From the NCBI GenBank assembly GCA_041694815.1, contig JBGFSC010000045.1, positions 1-64,000 of the forward strand: a DNA stretch of 64,000 nt, given 5' to 3'. Positions 1 through 8,970 of this stretch are shown piece after piece. The notes beneath the pieces were generated by a model. That model saw only the letters and a program-made list of their open reading frames with translations, was not told the origin of the DNA and ran no database searches. The position numbers and the translations under genes were made by a program. Each line of letters opens with the position of its first letter. The stretch's first letter is position 1. Source of the stretch: Elusimicrobiota bacterium (GTDB taxonomy: Bacteria > Elusimicrobiota > Elusimicrobia > UBA1565 > JACRDR01).

Positions 1-3000
1 AAGTTGGTGGAGGAAGCCTCCACCCTATATCCCTCCGCTCCTCCCGAGGGCAGGGACCAGGTGATCGAGACGCTGGAGATGAACACCGCGCTGAAGGCTG
101 GGCTGACAGGGACATTGGCCAGGGTGGATGTGGAACCTGCCGAGACATAGTTGGGCAGGTTGTTCCAGTTGAGGCTTCCCACGCGGAAGAAGTAGGTGGT
201 GTTGACTAGAAGTCCCGAGAGGGTTAGTGTGCTTAAGGCAACGTTAGGTGTGGAGGAAGAGAGCACGGCTCCTGTGCCGTTGAAGTTGGTGGAGGAAGCC
301 TCCAGCAAATAGCCCTCCGCCGTGGAGGATGATGGAGAAACAGGCAAGGGAGTCCAGTTGAGGGTCGCTGATGTGAGGAAGACGCCGGCGACCTGGTTAT
401 TGTCCACAAGCCTGGCTAGGGTGGCGGTGGAGACGCTGGAGGAGAAGGCGGAGACGTTGCCCGCATTGTCCTTGGCCTGGACCCTGAAGAAGTAGGTGGT
501 GTTAGAGTCGAGGGTATTGAATGTGACCGAGGGTCCTGCGATGAATCCGGAATCGGCGTTGATGATCCCAAAGCCCGAATCGGTGGAGGCCTGGACCTTA
601 TAGGGGGAGCCGGCCAGGCCGCTCAAGGGATCGGAAGCGGTCAGAAGATTGGCTGTGAGGCTGAAGGAAGAGGGACTCACCAGGGAGCTGATGCCAGCTC
701 CTGTGGGAGGGGTGGTATCCACTAGGACGGTAAATTCCTCGGTCTTAACCTTGCCATTCAGGGAGGACGCCAGGAAGTAGACCCGGTTTGTGTTGGCTCC
801 CGGGGACTCCGTTTGTCTCAAGGGCAGGCTTTGGCCCGAGAAGGTTTCTGTATTCAAGGAGCCTGGGGAACCGGTAATGGAAATGGAGTTTGTGGAAATC
901 CTCACCCAGGTGAAGTTGGCTCCGGCCCTTGTGGAAAAGTCCACATTGGGCGCTCCCAGGCCGTGTCCCAAAACGGCCGTGCGATTGTAGTGGTCGTTGA
1001 TTTCGGATGAGGTGAACGCCGCGGTGGAGAGGTTGACCTCGTCTATTTGTCCGGCAAAGAATTTCGTATTGTTGCCCAGCTGCCCGTCCGCCTTGCTGGC
1101 GGCCCCGACCCAGAGATAAATCGGTCCGGGATAGGTCCTGGCTGTGTCGGAGTTGACCGAGGTGTTGGAAGCGACCTGGCTCCCGTCCACATACAGGAAC
1201 ATGCCGGAGGGATTGAGCACGGCCGCCACAAAGTGCCAGAGGCCGTCAGTGTAGGGAAGCGCTGCCACGGCCCTCTGCTGGGCTCCCCCGCTGGTGTAGA
1301 CCACGAACACCAGGTTGCCGCTTTCCTGAGGATACCGCTCCCAGGTGATTTCCCCGTCTATGCTTCCGGCGTTGGCTGAGTTGGAGTTGGCCATCTGGAC
1401 GATGTAGCCGTCCCTGGTGGTGGTCTTAAACCAGGCTTCGAGCGTCCATTGATTGTTGGACGCGCTGTTGCGGAAGGGAGTCAGATCCGGAGAGATGGCC
1501 TGGTCGTCGACTCCGTCAAAGGAAAGGCCCCGGTCCAACTGCCCGGCCACCCAGGAGGTACCGCCCGAAAGAGTTAGGTTGCGGCCGTTGCGGCTGGAGT
1601 CTGTTGCCGTCGTTCCGGCTCCATCATCCAGATGCCAGACTCCCAGGTGGGCTGGGGTCGTGGAAACAGAAAGCCCCGGCGCGAAGCTGGACTTGATCTG
1701 CACCCGAACGTTTGGCGTCGTAGTATCCGAATAGAGAGAAGGATCTATGAACTGGCCTTGGGAGTTTGAGACCTCAAAGGTGCCGGCCAGGAATGAAGGG
1801 ATGGCGGATTCCAGGGTTTTCGTGGAGCTGAAGTTGACGTACGCGGTCTTGACGCCCTGATGGCTTTGGGACTGGACCCGCGCGTAGTACGTCGTTCCCG
1901 GGCCCAGGCCGCTGAAAGTGGTGGCGAGCGCATCGGACTGCTGCTCCAGAAAGACGATGCTAAAGTCCGAGGCCGTGGAGATCTGGGCCCTGTAGAGCGT
2001 GCTGGGAGGATTAAATCCCGTGGCAAGGGTGCCGGAGGACCAGTTGAGGGTGAAATCATTGGCGGTGACGTTGGTGAAGGTGGAGGCCGTGGGTCCCGGG
2101 GGCACGGAAAGAGTGGATGTGGAGCCCAGTTGGGTGAAAAGGGAATTGAGGCCCGCAGCGTTTCTGGCCCGCACGCGGGCATAGTAGGTGGTGTTGACGG
2201 AGAGGCCGGAAAATTCCGCCGATAGATTCGCGGTATCCGAAGTGAAGACGACGTTGAAATCAGAAAAGCTGGATAGATGGACTTCGTATCTTGTTCCAGG
2301 GGGATTGGCCGGAGTCCCGGAGCTGAAGCGCGCCGTCAGGCTGGAGACGAAGACGGGATCAAAAGACGGGGAGACGAATCCTGGCGGGGAGGCCAGGGTG
2401 AGGGTGGAGCCGAGGCTTGTAAAGGCCGTAGGAATCCCATTGTGGTTGCCCGCACGGACCCTGGCGTAATAGGTGGTGTTGGGAGAGAGGCTTGTTATAG
2501 TGGCCGAAAGATTGAGCGTGCCCGAAGAGAAAATCGTGCCCGTAAAGTCCGAAGCGGTGGAGATTTGAGCCGTATAGAGAGTGCCGGAGGCGTTCCCGTT
2601 GGCGCCCCACTGGGCGGTGATGGAAGAGATCCCCACCATGCTTAGAGAAGGGCTGACCAGGGCAGGAGGGTTGGCCAGGGTGCTTGTGGAGGCCAGGGTC
2701 GTGAAGTTGGCCACCGAATTCCAGTTCAAAGAGCCAACCCTGAAGAAGTAGGTAGTGTTGGCTGACAGCCCTGAAACCGTCAGGGTGGAAAGCGATACGC
2801 TGGGCGTGGAGGAGGAGAGTACCACTCCGGTTCCGTCAAAGTTCGTGGTGGAGGCCTCCAGAATGTATCCCTCCGAGGTGGCGGAAGAAGGGGAGGCGGG
2901 AAGGGCCACCCATTGGGCAGTGACGGAGGAAACAAACACATCTAGAAAGACGGGTGTGATCGTCTGAACGGGATTGGCCAGCGTGGAGGTCCCACCGAAC

Positions 3001-6000
3001 ACCGCGAAGTTGGCGATGTTCTTCTGGTTCAGGGAGGCCACTCGCAAGAAATAGGTGGTATTGGAAAGCAGTCCCGAGACGGTCAAGGTGCTTTGTGCCA
3101 CATTGACCGTTGAGGAAGAGAACACAGTTCCCGAGCCGTTGAAGTTGGTGGAAGAGGCCTCTAGGCGGTAGCCGTTGGCGGTTGCGCTGGAGGGAGAGGC
3201 TGGGAGGGCGGTCCACCCCAACGTGAGGCTGCCTGTGGAGAGCCCAACCAGAGATAAATTCTGGACAGGGTTGGAGAGCGTCATCTCGTTGGCTAGATTG
3301 CTCTGGTCGGACCAGTTGGGCTTTAAGTCTGATGTGAACAACCGGAAGTAATAGGTGGTGTTGGGATCTAAGCCGTTGACGACGGTGCTCTGGGGTACTC
3401 CCGCCACGACTCCCGATGTCGAAATGAGAACTTGGGCGTTGGTCGTGGACCAGACCACGCCTGTCCAAGTTGCGTACTGGATGGCGTAGTTGCCGCTCAA
3501 GGGATCATCCGTAGGGTCGAAGGGAGCGGTCCAGGTGAGCTTCATGGAGGTATTTGTATTCGTAAAGGCGGCCAGGTCTGCCACAGGATCAGGGGGGATG
3601 GTGTCCTCGGAAGTCAAAGTCCTTGTGGAACCTGCGCTGGCAAAGTTCGGGGTTTGGCTCCAGTTCAGTGCGCCCACCCGGAAAAAGTAGGTGGTCCCGG
3701 AGTTCAAACCTTCCACCGTCAACAGGGTGGCGGCGCTATTTTGCGTGGAGGAGGAAAGGATTGTTCCGGAGAAATCGGAATTGACCGAAGCCTCCAGACG
3801 GTAGCCACGATTGCTTCCAGAGGGTAGCGTCCAGCTTACCGCCACGCTGGAGACAAAAACCCCTGAGAAGCCGGGGGAAACAGGAGCATTCGCCAAAGTA
3901 GGCGTGGAGCCCACAAGCGCGAAACTGATCACCCCGTTGTGGTTTAGAGCGCCCACCCTAAAGAAGTAGGTGGTGTTGGGGGATAAAGCCGGAGCGGCTA
4001 CGGTCAGCAAGGTCAGGCTTCCATTGGAAGTGGAGGAAGAATGCAAAACCCCGGTTCCATCGAAGTTCGTGGAGGAGGCCTCCAAAACGTAACCCTGTGA
4101 GTTGACGGCGGTCCAGCTCACGGAAGCGCTGGAGACGAATATCCCTGAAAAGGCGGGAGACACCGGAGGCGGGGCCAAGGTGGAGGTGGCATTTAAGACC
4201 ACGTAGTTGGCAACCCTAGCCCAGTTCAAGCTTCCGATCCGGAAGAAGTAGGTGGTGTTGGCTGATAGTCCTGAAACGGTGAGCGTGCTGAGCGCGACAT
4301 TGGGCGTCGAGGAGGAGAAAACAGTTCCCGTGCCGTTGAAATTGGTAGAGGAGGCCTCCAACAGATAGCCCTCGGAGGTGGAGGAGGAGGGCGAAACAGG
4401 CAGGGCGGCCCAGTTGAGGGTGGCACTGGTTTGGAATATGCCGGCAAACTGGGCGCCGCTTACTTTATCGGCCAACGTGGACCTGGAACCTCCCGAGACG
4501 AAGTTGGGGACATCGCTCCAATTCAGGCTTCCCACCCGGAAGAAGTAGGTCGTGTTCGGGAAAAGCCCCGATACGGTCAGGGTGGAGAGAGAGATGTTGC
4601 GCGTGGCGGAGGAGAGTACCGTTCCCGAAAAGTTGGCGGCCGTGGAGGCCTCCAGGAGGTAGCCTTCAGCGGTACGGCTGGAGGGCGAGACGGGCAGAGC
4701 AGCCCAGTTGAGAGTGGCGCTTGTCTCAAATATCCCCGCGATCTGAGTGGATGAAATCGGGTCGGCCAGGGTCGCGGCGGTGGCGCCATTGGAGAGGGAG
4801 CTGTAGTCTCCATCCTCGTTTTTGGTCCACACCCGGAAGAAGTACGTAGTGTTGGGGTCCAGGCTGAGGGTGAGAGACTGCGGAGCGCCTGGATTGACCC
4901 CGGAGGTTGAGATATTAAGCTGCGCGTTGGAGGTCGAGAAGATCACCCCGGTCCAGGTGGAGTTCTGGATGGTGAATGTGGAGTTGTTGAGCGTCCCTAA
5001 ATCCCCGTGGGCTCCAGGGGCACTCCAGGAAAGGAGGATTTGCCCCGCCGCCGTGCCCGAGGAGGCGAAAAGGTTCCCTACCGCAGATGGGGGGCCGACC
5101 AGAAGTCTATCGTAAAGCGTCTGCAAGGGAGCGGCGACGCGGGTATAGACGAGATGGATGGCCCCTCCCTGGCTCTGCACGCTGGCGGAGAGGTGGTCTA
5201 TGTTGGCCGGCTCATCCACAATGCTGTCTTCCGCGCTCCAGGAAATGGAATCCACTGGCGAGAACTTGTGCCTCAAAATAGATTGGTCTCCCGTATGGAT
5301 GTAGAAGGCGTGGAGACGGTCTGGGTCCACCGTATTGTCCACGCTCAGCGCTCCGGATTCGAGAGTGCTGCCACTGAGAACCGTGACCGCCGCATCCCAA
5401 GCCGTGGCGTCGTTGAGATTCGTAGCCCGCCGGCTGACTAGAAGCGTGTCCTCATCCGAATACAGAACATGCATTCGGCTCTCCGAATCCATGACGGAGC
5501 TCAGCGCCTTGATGGAGGGGGTGGTGTCGTGTGTAAAGAGGGCATTTTTTCTGGCATAGGCTGAGGTGATGTTGTCGCTGGCTACCCTCCAGCCCGCCCG
5601 GGTGAAAACCGCGCCGGCCAGATCTCCCGTCCCCCCGAAGGGCTGAGCCGTTATCCGGAATAGTCCACCCGTACCGCCGGTATTCACGAACTGGACGAAC
5701 GCCGACCAGGTGGGAGCCGCTGCCTCGGGGTTGGCGGTCGTGCGGATGAAACCGGGGATCTTCCCATTGCTGTCCCCATAGAGAAGAATGAGATTTCCAT
5801 TCCTGTCCTTGATGATGGCGGAGCCTTCCCCAGGGGTTGCCGCCAGAGTGATCGCCTGCAGGGTGAAGAGGGTGGGGATTCCGTTGGAGTCCGGGATTTC
5901 CACGCGGCAATAGCCGATCTCGGCGACCTGGGAATCCACCAGGGCGATATATACGTTCAAGCGGCTGTTGGCGGAGTCCTCGGCGATCCAGGCGGAGGCG

Positions 6001-6302
6001 GCCTGACCCACCGAGGAACTGATCTGGCCTCTATCCGTCCAGGTGACGCCGTCCGAGGAGCTTAAGATGCGCACGCCGGGGAAGTTGGCGTCCGATCCGT
6101 TTTGGACGAGGGCATAGTGCCACTTGAGCGCCCTAGGGTTTTTGAACACCTTGACCTGACCCTCAAAGCGCGTGGCGAAGTTGACAGCGGTGGAAGAAAC
6201 AAAGACTCCCGCGAAGGTCAGTGGCGAGGCCAATAGGGAGGCGCAGGCCCAAAACAGGGCCGCCGTCCCGATGTGTCGCATCCGGCTAAGGCTAAGTTTC
6301 AT
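1..6302 (-). CDS. Giant secreted fibronectin type III repeat / LamG (ConA-like) surface protein, 3' end outside window
   Basis: Manual translation from ATG 6302 (MKLSLSRMRHIGTAALFWACASLLASPLTFA, signal-peptide-like) stays open to the window edge (~2100 codons). It has an Asp-box SSSDGVTW in the N-terminal region, 13 Fn3 signature motifs L.xNTTY[FY][FAL]R[VIL] at ~290-300 bp spacing, and a LamG block (GVWHLDDGAG...WTLEAWFK...DGLWHFVAAV...LYVDG...GQIDEV) at ~990-1650. Confidence 0.9.
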   Translation of the reverse strand, partial: MKLSLSRMRHIGTAALFWACASLLASPLTFAGVFVSSTAVNFATRFEGQVKVFKNPRALKWHYALVQNGSDANFPGVRILSSSDGVTWTDRGQISSSVGQAASAWIAEDSANSRLNVYIALVDSQVAEIGYCRVEIPDSNGIPTLFTLQAITLAATPGEGSAIIKDRNGNLILLYGDSNGKIPGFIRTTANPEAAAPTWSAFVQFVNTGGTGGLFRITAQPFGGTGDLAGAVFTRAGWRVASDNITSAYARKNALFTHDTTPSIKALSSVMDSESRMHVLYSDEDTLLVSRRATNLNDATAWDAAVTVLSGSTLESGALSVDNTVDPDRLHAFYIHTGDQSILRHKFSPVDSISWSAEDSIVDEPANIDHLSASVQSQGGAIHLVYTRVAAPLQTLYDRLLVGPPSAVGNLFASSGTAAGQILLSWSAPGAHGDLGTLNNSTFTIQNSTWTGVIFSTSNAQLNISTSGVNPGAPQSLTLSLDPNTTYFFRVWTKNEDGDYSSLSNGATAATLADPISSTQIAGIFETSATLNWAALPVSPSSRTAEGYLLEASTAANFSGTVLSSATRNISLSTLTVSGLFPNTTYFFRVGSLNWSDVPNFVSGGSRSTLADKVSGAQFAGIFQTSATLNWAALPVSPSSSTSEGYLLEASSTNFNGTGTVFSSSTPNVALSTLTVSGLSANTTYFFRIGSLNWARVANYVVLNATSTLAPPPVSPAFSGIFVSSASVSWTAVNSQGYVLEASSTNFDGTGVLHSSSTSNGSLTLLTVAAPALSPNTTYFFRVGALNHNGVISFALVGSTPTLANAPVSPGFSGVFVSSVAVSWTLPSGSNRGYRLEASVNSDFSGTILSSSTQNSAATLLTVEGLNSGTTYFFRVGALNWSQTPNFASAGSTRTLTSEDTIPPDPVADLAAFTNTNTSMKLTWTAPFDPTDDPLSGNYAIQYATWTGVVWSTTNAQVLISTSGVVAGVPQSTVVNGLDPNTTYYFRLFTSDLKPNWSDQSNLANEMTLSNPVQNLSLVGLSTGSLTLGWTALPASPSSATANGYRLEASSTNFNGSGTVFSSSTVNVAQSTLTVSGLLSNTTYFLRVASLNQKNIANFAVFGGTSTLANPVQTITPVFLDVFVSSVTAQWVALPASPSSATSEGYILEASTTNFDGTGVVLSSSTPSVSLSTLTVSGLSANTTYFFRVGSLNWNSVANFTTLASTSTLANPPALVSPSLSMVGISSITAQWGANGNASGTLYTAQISTASDFTGTIFSSGTLNLSATITSLSPNTTYYARVRAGNHNGIPTAFTSLGSTLTLASPPGFVSPSFDPVFVSSLTARFSSGTPANPPGTRYEVHLSSFSDFNVVFTSDTANLSAEFSGLSVNTTYYARVRARNAAGLNSLFTQLGSTSTLSVPPGPTASTFTNVTANDFTLNWSSGTLATGFNPPSTLYRAQISTASDFSIVFLEQQSDALATTFSGLGPGTTYYARVQSQSHQGVKTAYVNFSSTKTLESAIPSFLAGTFEVSNSQGQFIDPSLYSDTTTPNVRVQIKSSFAPGLSVSTTPAHLGVWHLDDGAGTTATDSSRNGRNLTLSGGTSWVAGQLDRGLSFDGVDDQAISPDLTPFRNSASNNQWTLEAWFKTTTRDGYIVQMANSNSANAGSIDGEITWERYPQESGNLVFVVYTSGGAQQRAVAALPYTDGLWHFVAAVLNPSGMFLYVDGSQVASNTSVNSDTARTYPGPIYLWVGAASKADGQLGNNTKFFAGQIDEVNLSTAAFTSSEINDHYNRTAVLGHGLGAPNVDFSTRAGANFTWVRISTNSISITGSPGSLNTETFSGQSLPLRQTESPGANTNRVYFLASSLNGKVKTEEFTVLVDTTPPTGAGISSLVSPSSFSLTANLLTASDPLSGLAGSPYKVQASTDSGFGIINADSGFIAGPSVTFNTLDSNTTYFFRVQAKDNAGNVSAFSSSVSTATLARLVDNNQVAGVFLTSATLNWTPLPVSPSSSTAEGYLLEASSTNFNGTGAVLSSSTPNVALSTLTLSGLLVNTTYFFRVGSLNWNNLPNYVSAGSTSTLANVPVSPAFSAVFISSVSITWSLPSGGAEGYRVEASSTN

Positions 6303-6342
6303 CCCTGTCCTTTCCCTTTCCCCGCTCAATTCTCCGCCTTTC

Positions 6343-6693
6343 TCAGGCCACCATCTCGCTGACGAAGATGCCGGAAAGCCTCACCTCCCAGTTGCGCAGG
6401 ATGCCAAGGTTTCCATTTTGCGCCACCTCAATCTCTTCCTCTTGCGGGGTTGCCAGGGCTTTACTGACTTGCTCCAGGGAGAGTCGCTCCAGCGGGATCT
6501 CCAGTTGGAACCCTTTCCCCTTGCGGGAACTCACCAGGCCCTGTTTGGCCAGGCAGAACAACACCTTCTGGCAGTAGGCCTCGGGGATGGCGTGGGCCGT
6601 CGCGATTTCCTTCACTTCTACGTAGTCGCTTGCCTTCTGCGCCAGATGCTTCAAGCACACCAGGGCGTACAGCAGCGTCTTGGTCAGTTTCAT
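6343..6693 (-). CDS. Rrf2-family transcriptional regulator
   Basis: MKLTK..LYALVCLKHLA...EIATAHAIPEAYCQKVL..LAKQGLVSSRKGKGFQL is an Rrf2 winged-HTH pattern; AGGAGG RBS at 6702-6707. Confidence 0.85.
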   Translation of the reverse strand: MKLTKTLLYALVCLKHLAQKASDYVEVKEIATAHAIPEAYCQKVLFCLAKQGLVSSRKGKGFQLEIPLERLSLEQVSKALATPQEEEIEVAQNGNLGILRNWEVRLSGIFVSEMVA

Positions 6694-6715
6694 GGCTTTT
6701 ACCTCCTAATTTTTG

Positions 6716-6744
6716 AGCGATCAGACCCCAGGGGTCTGATCGCT
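6716..6744. promoter_or_regulatory. Perfect 14-bp inverted repeat just upstream of the Rrf2 RBS
   Basis: AGCGATCAGACCCC-A-GGGGTCTGATCGCT. Confidence 0.6.
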
Positions 6745-7113
6745 GGGCAAAAAAACACCGTCGCTTTGGGAGTTGAAGATACTCTCAGCTCCGCCAGCAG
6801 ATCGAGCATGTCTGGTGAGCGCTCAAAAAAAGTGAGGATGGGTCGAATCTTTCTATGCTGATGCAACCAGTTGGGTCGGGTGAGGCAGGGGGCTATGGAT
6901 GGAGGCGTGCTTTTCCTGCGCGTACGCACACTAATAGCCTGGAAGATAAATGTAAAGGAAAATGTAAATTCTTCTCTGGGATTCCTAGCGGCGGAAGGGA
7001 AGGTCTATCCGCCTTTATTTGTAACTTCCTTGACGGAGAATGAGTCCTGCCTTGACTTTGTGTAAAATTCCTGCAATAGATATTGGACAACCCTGTAAAG
7101 TATCTATAGAACC

Positions 7114-8079
7114 ATGGCCCCCAAAACAGATGAGGTGCTGACAACCACCCAGGCATGTGAGCTGCTTAAAATATCCCGCCAGACCTTGCATTCTTGGATT
7201 CGGAATGGGCGGCTAAAGCCCTGGAAAAAACTTGGAGATGGCCTTCCCAGTCTTTTCTTGCGCAGCGAACTTAATCGCCGGGACATTGGAAAGCATTCAA
7301 GAGCTAGCAATGCGCCTGCACCAGGCGCTCGCAACCATGGAGGCAAGGCAGTTGCCGAAATCATTGTCACTTCCCGCGATCAGGCCTCCGTGACTCAGAT
7401 CATCGCATGCCTGAGCAGTCACAACTTCTCCATATCCCCATCCCGATCCCTGTCTGATTTCGAAGATATTCTCGCCCGGAAGATGCCGGATGTCTTTGTG
7501 GTGGACTTGGACTCTAAGAAGCCATCTGGTTGGGCGATGTTAAAGAAAATAAGTGCGCGGATAAAGTCCCAGTTCCATCCCACGCCTATTCTTGCGATTT
7601 CGGAACAATTCGCTACTCCGCAGGACGCTTCTAACGCATTGAAAAGAGGCGCTTGGGATTTTCTGAGGAAGCCTCTAGTATCGACAGTGCTTTTGGTTCG
7701 CGTCCGCTCGCTCTTAAGAAGAAAAATATGGAAAGAGCTGGAGGCGACAGATGGGCAGATTCAGGCCAGCCCGGATGGCCGGTTGAGACTGAACCCTTCC
7801 CAGAGGATTTTGGAAGTCAGTGGGCAGCCTCGTATGCAGCAAGCATCGACTATTTTATTGACCAGAAAGGAGGCTGAATTGTTGTGCTTGTTTCTAAAAC
7901 GGCCAGGGAAAATTTTTAGTAAGAGCATGTTGTTGGAGTTGGTTTGGGGTTTCAGGACCGATATTCAAACGAGGACGGTGGATTGCCATATTAAAAATCT
8001 TCGCCAGAAGCTGGGCTCTCAAGGCGAGCGAATCGTTACACATTATGCCGTTGGATACCAGTTCCTAAATTCAGCTTAG
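7114..8079 (+). CDS. Orphan response regulator: excisionase-like HTH + receiver + OmpR-type winged helix
   Basis: N-term LTTTQACELLKISRQTLHSWIRNGRL; REC PDVFVVDLD...DFLRKP; C-term LTRKEAELL...LLELVWG...TRTVDCHIKNLRQKL. Confidence 0.85.
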   Translation: MAPKTDEVLTTTQACELLKISRQTLHSWIRNGRLKPWKKLGDGLPSLFLRSELNRRDIGKHSRASNAPAPGARNHGGKAVAEIIVTSRDQASVTQIIACLSSHNFSISPSRSLSDFEDILARKMPDVFVVDLDSKKPSGWAMLKKISARIKSQFHPTPILAISEQFATPQDASNALKRGAWDFLRKPLVSTVLLVRVRSLLRRKIWKELEATDGQIQASPDGRLRLNPSQRILEVSGQPRMQQASTILLTRKEAELLCLFLKRPGKIFSKSMLLELVWGFRTDIQTRTVDCHIKNLRQKLGSQGERIVTHYAVGYQFLNSA

Positions 8080-8669
8080 AAGTTAATCCGCATGCCGAGT
8101 CCAAAACGGAAATCACCCTGCCAGTCCAACCCACCAAGGCTGAGAATTTCCAGGTTCTCAAACGGCGTGAAGTCATTGATGTGGCGAGAGATTCCCAGAC
8201 CTCCGAGCTCGGGAGTGATCCCAAGCGACAGACTGTACCTCTGCCAATAGGCCCATTTGAGGTCGATCAGTGGGAGCGGCTTCCCCACGTAGACGATCCC
8301 CCCGCCGAGGCGGTTCGTGAAGCCACGATCCTTGATGACTACTTCTGGCGGCTTCTCCGGCTGGTCCACCTTGGTCACGACCTCGACCTTGCCTTCGGGC
8401 GGCAGGTAGCGGTACTCGATCTTCGTGGTCCCCTCGCGCCACTTGGTCACGACGCGGTCACGGTAGACCGTTACAACCTGTTTGGTGTCGAGCGGTAGGC
8501 CTTCGAGCTTCGCGGTGAGTTCGCACGAGCGATCGCGCTCCCGGGTGAGCCTCCAAAGGGTTAGGGCCAGGAGCGCAGCAAGGAGTAAGATGGCGGCTTC
8601 CTTGGGCCGCCTCACGGCGCACAAGGCGGCTGCCTTGATCGCGGCCAATAGTCTAATCGCCAGCCCCAT
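8076..8669 (-). CDS. Membrane-anchored lysis-cassette protein (candidate spanin-like)
   Basis: Last gene after amidase and holin; N-terminal TM AAILLLAALLALTLW; amphipathic beta-strand C-terminus ending GLGMRINF. Confidence 0.6.
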   Translation of the reverse strand: MGLAIRLLAAIKAAALCAVRRPKEAAILLLAALLALTLWRLTRERDRSCELTAKLEGLPLDTKQVVTVYRDRVVTKWREGTTKIEYRYLPPEGKVEVVTKVDQPEKPPEVVIKDRGFTNRLGGGIVYVGKPLPLIDLKWAYWQRYSLSLGITPELGGLGISRHINDFTPFENLEILSLGGLDWQGDFRFGLGMRINF

Positions 8670-8970
8670 TCTCCTCTCCGTTGTGCGGCCGGCCGTTGCC
8701 GTTGTTTCCGTTCTTGACTTTTTCTATGGCACGTGAGAGCACGTAGCCCGTGAACACAACGCTTACGATCCCGCCCGTCACGGTGATCGCCGTAGACAGG
8801 TGTTCGGGATGGTGAAGGGCGACCCACACGCATAAGAACACGAAGAGTGCGAGGTAGACATAGTTCCAGGCGGCGCGAAGCGATTTGAGGTCCCGAATGA
8901 AGTTTTGGGCGAGATCACTCTTGGCCGTCTTGCGAGCCAAACTCAAGGTCAGCCGCTTAATCCTGTCCAT
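8653..8970 (-). CDS. Putative holin (105 aa, 2 TM)
   Basis: ATG 8970 overlaps the amidase stop (TGATG); two hydrophobic helices YVYLALFVFLCVWVAL and AITVTGGIVSVVFTGYVL; polar C-tail. Confidence 0.7.
   Translation of the reverse strand: MDRIKRLTLSLARKTAKSDLAQNFIRDLKSLRAAWNYVYLALFVFLCVWVALHHPEHLSTAITVTGGIVSVVFTGYVLSRAIEKVKNGNNGNGRPHNGEENGAGD

Noticed and set aside
790..6861. Many plus-strand and off-frame ORFs in the track
   Set aside because: Shadows of the single giant minus-strand Fn3 gene and Rrf2; no motifs.
6700..6930. Known riboswitch (e.g. c-di-GMP, SAM) in the Rrf2 leader
   Set aside because: No consensus elements recognised by eye; kept only as an unexplained structured leader.
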